This document shows, one piece after another, positions 25,530 through 36,600 of a stretch of 64,000 nt of DNA. A model generated the notes under the pieces. The model saw only the letters and a list, made by a program, of their open reading frames with translations. It had not been told where the DNA came from and did no database searches. Origin of the DNA: Elusimicrobia bacterium RIFOXYA2_FULL_47_53 (GTDB lineage Bacteria; Elusimicrobiota; Endomicrobiia; Endomicrobiales; XYA2-FULL-47-53). The stretch is taken from positions 30,641 to 94,640 of the forward strand of contig MGVE01000020.1 in assembly GCA_001800315.1 (NCBI GenBank), read 5' to 3'. Numbering within the stretch: position 1 is the first letter of the stretch; every line of letters begins with the position of its first letter. The position numbers were made by a program, and so were the translations under genes.

Positions 25530-26027
25530 ATGACAAAAAAACTAAAAATCAAAAATCTTCTCATCGCATCTTTGGTCGCGCTCTCTCTGGGCGGATGGCT
25601 GCTTCACTTAAAAGTGCACGCCCCGTCCTCTGATGCCGCCGACTACATCCCGTTTTTATCCGGCATATTCAGCGTTTTTATTCTTCCGGTGATGTTTTAT
25701 TTCAGGGCTTCTTTGCCTTACGCTTATGTGTTAAACGGCATGACCGTCATAATCGGGACAATAACCATGGCTCATTTTTCAATCGCGCACATGGCTTTTC
25801 CGGTTACAATCGGCGATATTATCCTGCGCACCACGCTTGCCGATATACTGCTTCTGTGGGGAAAGTTTTTCGCCGGGAAAGCCGTATTTGACCTGGAATA
25901 TTTAAAGAACGATACCGACCCGGCCCAGAAGGGCAGGTACTTCCGCTACCCGAATATGGGCTGGTGGCTGGTTCACTTGATCCTGATGGCCGCGGTTTAC
26001 GCTTTGGGCAACATATATTGGTTATAA
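25530..26027 (+). CDS. Membrane protein, unknown function
   Basis: 165 aa with 4-5 hydrophobic helices. No motif recognised. Confidence 0.45.
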   Translation: MTKKLKIKNLLIASLVALSLGGWLLHLKVHAPSSDAADYIPFLSGIFSVFILPVMFYFRASLPYAYVLNGMTVIIGTITMAHFSIAHMAFPVTIGDIILRTTLADILLLWGKFFAGKAVFDLEYLKNDTDPAQKGRYFRYPNMGWWLVHLILMAAVYALGNIYWL

Positions 26028-26087
26028 CGCTTCATGCCCGCTACTTGACGGCTGGCGGGCCAGCTGAAGTGTCGGCGGGAGGCTGCC

Positions 26088-26183
26088 ATGTTCAGATTTA
26101 TGCTGTTTAAACCGTTGTGGTGGGTGCTTCATATAGCCGCGGTAGTTTTTATGTTCTGGCTCGGGCACATTGTGAGGTTCTAA
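26088..26183 (+). CDS. Possible 31-aa hydrophobic micro-protein
   Basis: ATG preceded by gggagg 6 nt upstream. MFRFMLFKPLWWVLHIAAVVFMFWLGHIVRF. Too short for the ORF track and unverified. Confidence 0.3.
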   Translation: MFRFMLFKPLWWVLHIAAVVFMFWLGHIVRF

Positions 26184-26186
26184 TCC

Positions 26187-26642
26187 ATGAAAAAGTTTTT
26201 CCTAACCTGGCTGGTGAACTCGGCCGCGCTTATTGTCGCGGCTAATATTTATTCCGGCATCAGGGCCGAAAGCTGGCAGATACTTATTGTGGCGGCTCTT
26301 GTCCTGGGCCTGCTCAACGCTTTTATTAAGCCGGTGATAATGCTGGCGACGCTGCCGTTAAATATTATGTCGCTTGGCATTTTCACTTTGTTTATTAACG
26401 GCGCTATGTTTTACGCGCTGTCTCGGCTGGTAAACGGTTTTTATGTCAACGGTTTCTGGGGAGCTTTCTGGGGAGCTCTGCTTTTCAGCGTTATAAACAC
26501 GGTTTTCAGCGGCATGGCGAAGGTTTCGGTGCACAGTTCGCGCGTTGCTCCGGAGCCGCGGCCGGTGCATACGGGTAAAGTAATAGATACCGAGATCGTG
26601 GATACACCGGGGGAAGACAGGCGGATACTCGAAAAAAAATGA
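26187..26642 (+). CDS. DUF360 / 'phage holin family 4' (YvlD-like) membrane protein
   Basis: LVNSAALIVAANI..GI...SW..LIVAALVLGLLNAFIKPVIMLATLPLNIMSLGIFTLFINGAMF is the conserved family core. Confidence 0.7.
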   Translation: MKKFFLTWLVNSAALIVAANIYSGIRAESWQILIVAALVLGLLNAFIKPVIMLATLPLNIMSLGIFTLFINGAMFYALSRLVNGFYVNGFWGAFWGALLFSVINTVFSGMAKVSVHSSRVAPEPRPVHTGKVIDTEIVDTPGEDRRILEKK

Positions 26643-26655
26643 GAGGTTTTGGCCG

Positions 26656-27252
26656 ATGGGTAAAACCGAAAAACTGATAACGGGTTTTGTGCTGGCTGTC
26701 TTTGTGCCCGTAGTATTTTCAATGTTCGGCTGGTGGGCCGCGACGCTTCTATACATGATGAAAAGCGGTTCTCTTAAATCCGCGGTGATATTCAACGGCG
26801 CCATGATAGGCCTGGGCGCCGGCATTATCATTAATCTTTTATACCTCTCCGGAATGGTAAAAAAACTCTACGAAATAAACGATAAACTCCTCACGCTGGC
26901 CTTTTTATTCCTGTCTTTCATGGTGCTGATGTTTTTTAAGGGTTTTGTGCTCGGCAATATTCTGCTCGGTTCGGCCGCGGGCATTTATTACGGCCGAAGA
27001 GCGCATTTTCGGGCGCTTTCCGACGGCGCCCTGAGCCTTGAATCCTCAAGGGTCTCAAAATTTTTCGGTATTATTACGGCTCTGGCTGTTATGTTTGTGG
27101 GGTTTACTTCGGAGGGCGCCGCAACGAGGCTGAAAGACCTTCTCTACATAGCGACTCTGCTTCTTGCCGGCGGGGCCAGCGGCATATTCCAGTACTGGGT
27201 TTCAAAATACAGCATTTATTCGGCGTTTAATCTGACCGGCGATATTTCCTAA
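26656..27252 (+). CDS. Membrane protein, unknown function
   Basis: 198 aa with about 6 hydrophobic helices. The stop overlaps the convergent PBP1A stop. Confidence 0.45.
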   Translation: MGKTEKLITGFVLAVFVPVVFSMFGWWAATLLYMMKSGSLKSAVIFNGAMIGLGAGIIINLLYLSGMVKKLYEINDKLLTLAFLFLSFMVLMFFKGFVLGNILLGSAAGIYYGRRAHFRALSDGALSLESSRVSKFFGIITALAVMFVGFTSEGAATRLKDLLYIATLLLAGGASGIFQYWVSKYSIYSAFNLTGDIS

Positions 27253-29369
27253 AATCCGCCTTCCACGCTTCCGTCATCTATTGTTTCGTTTGGAACCACA
27301 TTTATGTTTTCTTCCGGTATCGGCAGGTCTTCTTCCGGTTTGGCGTAAAAATCTTTTGGTTCGGCGCCTTTGGTGAAGGCTTCAAGGTAAGCGCCCGGAG
27401 TTTTGCTAAGCGCGAGCAGTCCTGTTTTCGGGTCCACCAGCGTGAACACAATGCCGTCGGGCGGAGTGAAGTTCATGACCTGCTCGTTTACCAGAGCGTC
27501 GCGCATGAAATTTGTCCAGATGGGGCAGGATATGCGGCCGCCGGTATTTTTGTTGCCCAGCTGAGTCCTGTCGTCGTAACCTACCCAGACGCCCGCCGCC
27601 AGCTGGGGCGTAAAACCGACAAACCAGGCGTCGGTGAAATCGTTGGTGGTTCCGGTCTTTCCGGCGCAGGGCCTGCCCAGCGCCCGCGCGGCTACGCCGG
27701 TGCCGCGTTTGACAACCCCCGTGAGCAGGTGAGTCATAATAAATGATGTCTGCGGCGACAGCGCCTCCTGTTCCCGCGGAAGATTTTCCTCAAGCACTCT
27801 CCCGTTTTTATCTTCAACCCTGGTAATCGCGTAAGGTTCAGTAGCTATCCCTCCGGAGGCGAGCACCGACATGGCTCTTGTCATCTCAAGCAGGGTCACA
27901 TCGCTTGAGCCTAAGGCCAGTGAAAGCGTATTTGTCAGCGGGCTGGAGATGCCCATTTTTCTGGCGTATTCTATGGCGCGCGCCGGCCCGACAGCGTCTA
28001 AAAGCTGTATGGAGCACATGTTAAGCGAATGCTCCAGCGCCGAGCGGAGCAACACGCTCCCGAAATACTTGTTATTGTAGTTTTCCGGAACCCAGACCTT
28101 CATGGGGTCTTTTAAATCTTCCGGCGGCAGAGTTGAAAGAAAATCTGTCGTTCTTGAGGAAAGCCTCCAGTCCCTGCCGTCGTTTACAAATATCATCGGC
28201 CTGTCGTCAAGAACCGAAACGGGAGAAAAACCGTTTTCAATGGCGGCGGTATATATGATAGGTTTAAAGGACGATCCCGGCTGGCGCTTGGCGCTGGTCG
28301 CCCTGTTGAACTGCGATTCTTTAAAAGATCTGCCGCCAACCATGGCCCTTATCGCGCCGGTTTTCGGGTCCAGCGCTATCAGGCTTCCCTGAACGCTGGT
28401 GGGAGTGGATTTTTTAAGCTCAAAAAAAGGAATCCTCTCGCTGTCAAAAGCCGTCAGGCCCTCGCCCATGGCTTTTTCGGCGGCCAGCTGAGCCTGAATA
28501 TCCAGGGTGGTGTGTATGGAAAGCCCGCCTTTGTAGATCATCTGGTTGCCGTATTTTGGTTCAAGCTGAAGCCTGACATATTCAATGAAATACGCTCCGA
28601 GCCCGACGGGTATGCCGACTTTCTGCGTTTCAATGGGGAAGGCGTTGGCTTGCTTTTCCTCTTCCTCTGTGATATATTTAAGCTCCCTCATCTTGCGAAG
28701 CACCGTCGCGCGGCGCGCCAGGGCTCTCTCGGGATTGTTCAGCGGAGAATAATAGTTGGGAGCTCTCGGAAGCCCGGCTATCATGGCGCATTCGGCAAGG
28801 TTTAAATCTTTGGTGTGCTTGGAAAAGTATATCCTGGAGGCGGCCTCAACGCCGTAGGCGCCGGAGCCGAAATAAATCTGGTTTAAGTAATACTGGAGAA
28901 TTTCTTCTTTTGTGAAGTTGTGCTCCAGCTGGACAGTAAGCAAAAGTTCTTTGATTTTTCTGTTAAATGTGCGTTCCGGTGTCAGGAAAATAGCTTTTGC
29001 GAGCTGCTGGGTAATGGTTGAGCCGCCCTGGAGCCCGCGGTGCTTGAGAGCGTTGTTAATCGCGGCGCGCGTTATGCCTTTTGGCGAAATGCCCCAGTGC
29101 TTAAAGAAATCGTTGTCTTCAATGGACAATATGGCGTTTTGGAGGTCTATAGGAATGTCTTTGAGCGGTGTCAGGGTCCTGCGCTCGGTAAAGAGCTCGG
29201 TTATAATATTGCCTCTGAAATCATACACTTTTGTAACAAGGCTTGGAGTGTAATCATCAAGAATGTGAATAGATGGTATATCCTTAACAAGGCCTCTCAG
29301 GTGGGCGGAAGAAGCTGCGAAAAAAATAAGAACAAGAGCGATTATCCACACAAAACGGTTATTTTTCAT
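27249..29369 (-). CDS. Penicillin-binding protein 1A (bifunctional glycosyltransferase/transpeptidase)
   Basis: GT51 motifs EDNDFFKHWG, GGSTITQQLAK, RKIKE. Transpeptidase SSFKP (SxxK) and KTGTTND. ATG 29369 (MKNNRFVWIIALV, signal anchor) preferred over the tracked TTG 29405. Confidence 0.9.
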   Translation of the reverse strand: MKNNRFVWIIALVLIFFAASSAHLRGLVKDIPSIHILDDYTPSLVTKVYDFRGNIITELFTERRTLTPLKDIPIDLQNAILSIEDNDFFKHWGISPKGITRAAINNALKHRGLQGGSTITQQLAKAIFLTPERTFNRKIKELLLTVQLEHNFTKEEILQYYLNQIYFGSGAYGVEAASRIYFSKHTKDLNLAECAMIAGLPRAPNYYSPLNNPERALARRATVLRKMRELKYITEEEEKQANAFPIETQKVGIPVGLGAYFIEYVRLQLEPKYGNQMIYKGGLSIHTTLDIQAQLAAEKAMGEGLTAFDSERIPFFELKKSTPTSVQGSLIALDPKTGAIRAMVGGRSFKESQFNRATSAKRQPGSSFKPIIYTAAIENGFSPVSVLDDRPMIFVNDGRDWRLSSRTTDFLSTLPPEDLKDPMKVWVPENYNNKYFGSVLLRSALEHSLNMCSIQLLDAVGPARAIEYARKMGISSPLTNTLSLALGSSDVTLLEMTRAMSVLASGGIATEPYAITRVEDKNGRVLEENLPREQEALSPQTSFIMTHLLTGVVKRGTGVAARALGRPCAGKTGTTNDFTDAWFVGFTPQLAAGVWVGYDDRTQLGNKNTGGRISCPIWTNFMRDALVNEQVMNFTPPDGIVFTLVDPKTGLLALSKTPGAYLEAFTKGAEPKDFYAKPEEDLPIPEENINVVPNETIDDGSVEGGF

Positions 29370-29457
29370 GCTGGTAATTATAGCCCAAAATAATGGCTTT
29401 GTCAAAACGACGGGACGGCCGAGTTATAACGAAATAGATATCTCTAATCATGTGCTG

Positions 29458-29886
29458 CCCGTCATTCCCGAGTTTCTTTGTCGGGAATCCAATGTCGCAA
29501 ACGCTCGGAATATGTTTTCCTGCCGAACAGCGTTTGTCGCGGGGCTTTTGACCCAGCACCCCGTTTTAACTTTCTTTGGGCGCCCAAAGAAAGTTAATAA
29601 AGAAAGGCGACGCCTCACCATCTCGGCGTCCTCATGGAAGTCCGCACTTATTCGTGCGGACATTCGCCCCCGCGAGCCATTCGCAAAAGTATTTTAGGCA
29701 GTCTTGCAAACTCCCTGCCTTGTCGGCAGGTCAAACAGGCAAGCCTGAAAGCATCCAAAAATACTTTTGCTCATAACCGGCTCGGAAGGGGTGTGACGAC
29801 ACAAGAAGTCCATTGTTCACTTATAACCTAAATGTTATGTCTGGAATCCACAAAAACCAAGAACGACCGCGCCGCCTTACCGCAGG
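29458..29886 (+). repeat. Composite element copy (C-unit plus palindromic head plus A-type body, copy A2, with a 60-nt extra hairpin insert)
   Basis: 29458-29567 aligns with 13472-13580. Palindrome 29568-29595. Insert 29603-29662 includes hairpin tccgcac/gtgcgga (29641-29660). 29666-29743 is identical to 8336-8413. Confidence 0.8.
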
Positions 29887-29939
29887 TTTGGGGGTTCTTT
29901 TGCGGGCATGATAATTCACAAAAAATTTTCAAAAAAACC

Positions 29940-29968
29940 TTGCGGCTGTCACATATTGCAGTTATAAT
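29940..29968 (+). promoter_or_regulatory. Sigma70-like promoter for the ORF208-giant gene pair
   Basis: TTGCGG (29940-29945), 17 nt, TATAAT (29963-29968). Confidence 0.5.
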
Positions 29969-30013
29969 TATCATGCAGTAAAGAAATGCTCGGAATATAT
30001 TTAAAAGAGCGCG

Positions 30014-30640
30014 ATGCCTATGAACAAAAATATGCGCAAACTAATCGCGGTTTTTGTGGTTTTTATCCAGCTTTCAATGCCGGCTTTTTCTTCTTTTGGG
30101 GCCGGCTCTCCGGCTTCTGCGCCGGGAGAAGAGACGGCCTCGGTGCAGCAGGTGGACGGAATTTCAGCGGTTTTTGTCATAATTAATTCCAATATAAGCC
30201 AGCAGATGAGAAGGCTGGTAGATCTTGCCTGCCTCGCTGCAAGCCTCGCGCATACCCCCAAACCAATCAGCCACGAAAATACCAGGAATACAGGGGCGGA
30301 TGGTTCCGTTTCGCCGTCAATAGTTATTTCCAATTCCTTTTCCGCCGACAATTCAGTCAAAAATTTCGCGCCCGGCAATGACATAGACGGCCGGATGCTT
30401 GTCAGTATCGTGCTTCTCTGCGCTCTTTTTGCCGCGGTATTTTTCACCGGGCTAATGAAGTGGAAGAGGTTTTTTTACCTTTTGCCCAGAGGAAGTATTG
30501 ACGATATTATAATCAATTTTAACAGTATGGGTAAAACCCTCATTGAGCTGAATCCAATGAGGGTTTTTCTTTTGCCCGCAGAAGATAATAAATCACTATA
30601 TCCTGGAGGATCTTATGTTCCGCGAAAACAAGTTCGTTAA
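30014..30640 (+). CDS. Secreted/membrane protein, unknown function, overlapping the start of the giant ORF
   Basis: Signal-peptide-like N-terminus (MRKLIAVFVVFIQLSMPAFS), a C-proximal TM (MLVSIVLLCALFAAVFFTGLM), and a 26-nt overlap with the giant ORF start. Confidence 0.5.
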   Translation: MPMNKNMRKLIAVFVVFIQLSMPAFSSFGAGSPASAPGEETASVQQVDGISAVFVIINSNISQQMRRLVDLACLAASLAHTPKPISHENTRNTGADGSVSPSIVISNSFSADNSVKNFAPGNDIDGRMLVSIVLLCALFAAVFFTGLMKWKRFFYLLPRGSIDDIIINFNSMGKTLIELNPMRVFLLPAEDNKSLYPGGSYVPRKQVR

Positions 30641-33600
30641 ATTTATCGCCTGCACGATCGTAGCGTGTTTCAGCTACAGCTTTGTGCTTTTTGAGCCGCT
30701 CTACGGCGCGGTGCAGGAATACCGTGACGGGGCGCTCGCTCGGGCTATGTCCTCCAAGATGGAGCGTTTTGTCCTGCCGTACCGCTATGGCCGGGTTATG
30801 GGCGGCAGCTATTCCGGAGGAGAGAGGCTGGTGGTGTTTGTTCAGGATCTCCACTGCCATCCCGAGGTTCAGAGAAACATAAGCGAAATTGAAAACCTTC
30901 TTGACAAGCGGTACGGTCTGGAAAAGATATTCGTTGAAGGCGCCCCGATGGGCAGGGTGGACACAAAGGTGCTTGACACAATGCCCGCCCGCATCAAGGA
31001 TAAAGTGTTGGAGAGCTTATTAGACCAGGGGCTGCTGAGCGGAAGCGAATATTACGCCGTAAAAAATAAACAGGATAAGCTCTACGGCCTTGAAGAGTGG
31101 GGAACCTATCTCGGGAACTACAACAGGATAAAAAGATTAATAGAGAGCAGGGACGGCCGCGTGAAAGCCGCTCAGGATGTCGCGGCGCGCATTGAGGCCA
31201 TAAAAAGAGAACACCTCTCGCCCGAACTCAGGAAGCTTGAGCGGTATATCAAAAAAGCCGAAGCGCCGGGCGCCGATAAGTCCGCGCTGGCAAAAACCGG
31301 CAAGAAAAGCGAAGAGCACTATTTTGAGCTGGAAAAGCTCGGAGCCAAAGTCAACGAGGATGTAAGCCAGTATCCGAACCTGAAGAAATTTATTGATATG
31401 GCGCGCTTCGGCCGGGAAATAAATTATAAAAAACTTCCCACTCAGATGCAGGAATATGTGGAAGAGCTGAAAAAAGTCGTGCCCTTCGGCGTTTACCGCC
31501 AGCTGACAAAAAAACTTGAGGAGGGAAACCGCGAGGAAGAGTACTATTTCGCCATGAGCGAGATCGCGGCGCAGTACGCGCCTTTATTAAACACAAGATA
31601 CCCGGAAGTAAATAAATTCCTGGCTTACATAAGATTAAACTACAGCATAAATCCCATATACCTGGTAAACGAGGAGAAGGGTTTCGGGGAGAGAATACTT
31701 GATAAAACCGCCAAACGCCTCGTGGACAAAGAGCTAATATTTTTAAGCCGCATGAGCGAGGCTTTCGCGGGCATGGCCGATCTTAAAGTTACGCCGGAGG
31801 AATACGGCTATTTTAAGGAAAATGTCGGCAGGTACCGCGCCCTGCTTCAAAAATACATAAGCAGGGATGAGCTTTCTGATGCCATGGCGGTTATGGGCGA
31901 TGAGGATTTATATAAATATTTTGAAGTCAATATAGGCAGAAATGACATATTCAGCTCGGTCATTATTGACAAGGAGCAGGGATCCGGCGGCGCCGCGGCA
32001 ACCCTCGGTTATGAGGCCGTGCTCTCCAACATAAACAAGTTTTCAAAGATTGATGTGGTTGTCACGGGAGGCTTTCACAGCGAGGTCGTCAAGGCCCTGG
32101 ATAAAGCCGGCATTTCTTATGTCGCGGTAACGCCAAACGCCACAAAGATGTTTGATGAAGGCGTGTACGAAAGGCTGATGGTAGGCAGGCTTGAGGCAAA
32201 AGATATTATGCGCGCTTCTTTAGCCCCGGCGCTCATTTCCGCGGGAGCTACGCCACAGCAGGCAAACGCTCTTGTTACAATGCTGGCCGGGCTTACATTT
32301 TCAGAAAATTCCTCAAAAAACCGGGCTGAGATAGACAGAGGAATAAATGAGCTTGTTGAGTGGTTTGAAAGCGCGAACCTGCAGGCAAAAACCACCCTTG
32401 AAATAGACCGAAGCAAAAACGCGGTTACCATCGGCATAGGGTTGGATAAATGGCTTGTTTCAGCTGACCCGGGCAACGGCAAAAAAATTAAGATGGTCAG
32501 GAAAACCCCGGAATTCAAAAATAAAATTGGGGAATTGCTGTATAAAGTTGATGTTTCCCGCAACGGGAGAACCATTGGATTTGATGCATCGGCGCAGTCA
32601 ACGGCAGAAGATGATGTGCCGCTTGACCCAAGGAAGAAAGTATTCGCGAAGACAAGCGCGGTTGAGGATAAATTCTACAATGAGTTCAGCAAAATGAGCG
32701 AGTTGGAAATACAGGATTACCTGAGAAATAAGATGGACTCATCATCAGGCGACCCTCTTGCCGCTGTTACGACTCAAATTGAAAAAGTTATGGACACGGA
32801 TACAAATAATAAGTTTGCTTTATTGGAGGCCTTCTTTCGCGTTCTTGAGGCCAATGACGGTTACCTGATAGGACATTACCTGGGTAATATTAAAGCAAAT
32901 ATTGAACAGATGACCGACGGACCGATTGTGACCCGCCTTTACAGCCTGCAAGACCAGGAAAAAATAATGGAAGACCTGTTCAAGCAGAGGGCTTTTGCCC
33001 GCAGGATTTTTGAGATATGGGAAACCAGCCTTGCTTCGCAAGGCAGAGTTAAGACTGACAGCTCCCAAAGCGGTTTCGCGGATCCCCTTTTGCTTATGGG
33101 GCTTGCCGGCGCCGCCCTGCTGTTTGGCGCGCTTGGTTTCGTGGGCCTGGGAATAATTTCTTCGGCTTTACTGCATGACATTTATTATTTTTACATGCAA
33201 AACGGATCCTTAAACGGTTACGGTTTTGCCGGACTGCCGCGGCGGGTAGCGAAGCGTTTTACCGTACTGCTGGCCCTTGCCAGGGGAAAGCCGGAAATAA
33301 TATCCGGTGAAAAAGTTCCCGGTATAAACGCGGCCCTCCTGAGCTTAAAATTGTCACCCGAAAAATTTAATGAAATGGTGCGCGGAAAGCTGGTTGCAGG
33401 TATAACCGCTCTGGGGCAGATGAAAGACAGATCACACGGTATTTATGTCAGAATGCCGGTTGAAACTGCCATGGGTGTTTTATCAGACGAAGACGGCTTT
33501 GCGGCGATAAGGGAAAAATTTAGTAATTTGAAGAATCCGTATATAGGGGTTGCGGAATGCGGCGGTGTCAGTGAAATGAATTATGGTTATCATAACGCAA

Positions 33601-36600
33601 TTCCTGATTTGCTGATACCTTTACAGGTTGCGATAGTCAACGAGTTTCTTAAACCGCTTGGAGGCATGGCGGTTCGCTCTTCCGGGACAAGGATTTATTT
33701 TGTGTGCCCCGGTAATATAAGGCCCGAGAAAATGGAAGCCGTAAGAAATGGGTTGCGGGAAATACTAGCGCGCTCAATAGATGATTTGCTCGCGTATGAC
33801 GAGGTAACATTTGATGAAGCTGTGGTTGACCCAAAAAATTCAGAACAGGTCAAAGCGGCTGTGGCCGGGGTTTCATCCGTGCTGGCCGGACAGGATAAAA
33901 TCGCGGGAGTCTTTCAGTCCCGGGACGGAGTTTTCCTGTTGTATGAGCAAAAATACCGCGGAGATGTTTTAAACGCCCTGAATCTCAATAAAAATGGCGG
34001 CGCGGCGCTCAGGCTGGTGAATAAATCCGGCGGCAGCAGTAACACAGGAAGCATTAGAAATATGGTTACGGATTTTACGGTTGTGAAGGCACAGGGCACG
34101 GATAGTCTGGAAACCGCGATAGTAAAGGCGGAAATAATCCAACAGTCCCTGCCATCCGGAATTGTGTTGCCGGAAGGCAGCAGAAATGAGTTCACCGTTG
34201 ATAGGGATGCCGTGTCAAATCTGGACAGGATTGAAACCGAGGCTGTTTCCCGCAGGATCGCGGCAAATGAAGGGAATGATTATATCAAGCGCCTGGTGAA
34301 TAACGACGGCAGCGGATGGTTTGAAAACGGGCTGGTCAGCGGTTCAAGGTTGAATGATGTGCTCGCAAGCTTCCTGAAATATGAAAACCCTCCGCAATTT
34401 TTTAAAGCCCAGATGAAGTTCAGAATAACCGATAATTCCATAGTGGGAACCAAACAGAGCAGGGCAGGCTGGGATGATGTTAAGTGTACCGATTACGGTT
34501 ACGACAAGGAAACCGATACATTCAATTACAGGATTTTCCGCAGGCTTTACGGCGCATTTGTCAGTCAGAAAATAATCCGGGCGCTGACGAGCGCAATAGA
34601 CAGTGAAGTGCTGAAGATAAAACGAAATGAGGTGCCTCTTGTCAGCGGAACCGAATACTTTTCATTTATTCCCACGCAGGAAGGTTTTGGCGGTTTGACC
34701 GAAAAGCAGTTTTCCGTAATAGCGGATAAAAGCACAAACGCTATCAGAAATCTCTTGTCCGGCGAAATCGGTTTGTCCGGGATAGAGCCGGAAATATCCA
34801 TGCATGTAATTAATGCCGGTGACGCGGGCCGTTTCCAGCTCGCGGATGTTGCTAACAGACTGTCGGAGGCAGGCGAAAGCGATGATCTTTTTGACGAGGT
34901 TAAGAGTCCCTCCGGAAATATCATAAGACTGTTTAATGTTAGCAAGGCCGGCGCTCTCATGAGAAATACCGAGAGGATAAGATTAGTTAAGCGTTATCTT
35001 GGCCGCGTGGCTCAGCTGCACCGCCATATGTATCTTGTCAGAAATAAATTAAGAAGTTCTCGTGAAAGTACGGAGCGTTTACAGCTTAACAATGAGCTTA
35101 AGGATTTAGAGCTTGAGGAAAAAGATCTCAAGCTTGAATTAACCGGCAAGATTAACTCAAGGCTTGAAGAAGAAAAGGCGAGCCTCAAATCCGAGGGCAT
35201 AAAAGACGCCATGACCGGAAACCTTGTGGAAGGCAAGATAACATACAGCAAGGCGCATTTTGAAAACATAGTCCTAAGGGACGCTATCGGGAACGCGAAA
35301 CGAAACAATAAAAATATTTTCTTTTCAATGTTTGACGGCGATAATTTCAAGTCCATCAACGATAAATACGGGCACGAAGCCGGCGACATTGTGATCAAGG
35401 CTTTCGCGATAGTGGCCAGAAAAGTCTTAAGGTCAACAGATCAGCTCGCCAGGTTTGGGGGCGATGAGTTTGCCGCTATTGTTGAGTCCGGCGATCATGA
35501 TTTTGATTCCTCGGACGCCGAAAACCGCCTGACGGCAGCAGAGAGGCTCAGAAAGGCATTTTCTGATTCGGATTCTGTCATGCTTTATGCTGAAATAGAG
35601 AAAATGGACAGGGCTTTGGCGGACAAAATGAGGGCTGATAAGCGCACTTTTTCCATCAGTGTTGGCGTAGTGCGCTATGATCCTCAGGATAAATCTTTGG
35701 CGAATATGGGAGTCAAAGAAATCGCAAGTATTTTAAAGAAGCGCGCTGATGTGGCGTTATATTACGCCAAGGAAGGAAAATATGTTAAAGACGGTGAAAT
35801 GCACCCCTCGGCAAATGGCGGCAGGAATAACAGTTTGGTTTGGGATCCTGTCATGGGTGACAAAACACCGGAGGAGAAACGCAGGGAAGAAAGGGGCTTG
35901 CTGATAAACGAGATCTCAAAAATATTGCCAGAAGGCCTTGTTGCGGATGTTGTCAGCGGTGTCCCCGAGGAGGTTACGCGCATTCAGCAGAAAATGTCGC
36001 GGTATAATTTCGGAGTATTCTATTCGGGCGGAAAGATATGGATTTCCAGTGAAGCGGATGAAAAGATTGTATTGGGAAGCGCTCAACTCGCGAAAAATAC
36101 CGATAAGTCCCTGGGGTTTCTTAAAGACAAAAATGACCTCAATGAACTTTTGCGTGACAATATAGAATTGTATTATATAACAAATACGGATATATTGCTG
36201 ATTTCGGAAAAAGAACCGGACGAGAAGTCCGTTTTTGATTCAATATCCGGTGATGAAGGTTTAATAGGAATAGGTTTGCTGGCGGAAATGTCGCTGGTTG
36301 TCATTGGGATCGGTTTATTCCTGGCGGGCAACCCGATAACCGCGGGGTTTGTTGGATTTGCGGCGGCCGGTTTGTTCGTTCTTGAATTTGTCGTAAGCCG
36401 TGGAAAAAAATCCGCTCCGGCCCGTTCTTCCGCGCTAAGCCCCGAGGCGTTAAGGCAGAGAGCCGTTGAAAGAGCCGTGCTGGCCAGCGGCGAAAAGCTT
36501 CCCCGTGCAAGAATTTTAGGCCTGGTAGGCGACCTGGCCAGCCGCACTCCGTCAAAGAAACAAGCAGGCGTATTGGGCAACGAGAAAGGAAATACAGTTT

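Noticed and set aside
26187-26642. The 'phage holin family 4' protein as evidence of a prophage.
   Set aside because: DUF360/YvlD proteins are common chromosomal membrane proteins. No phage structural, lysis or integrase genes flank it.
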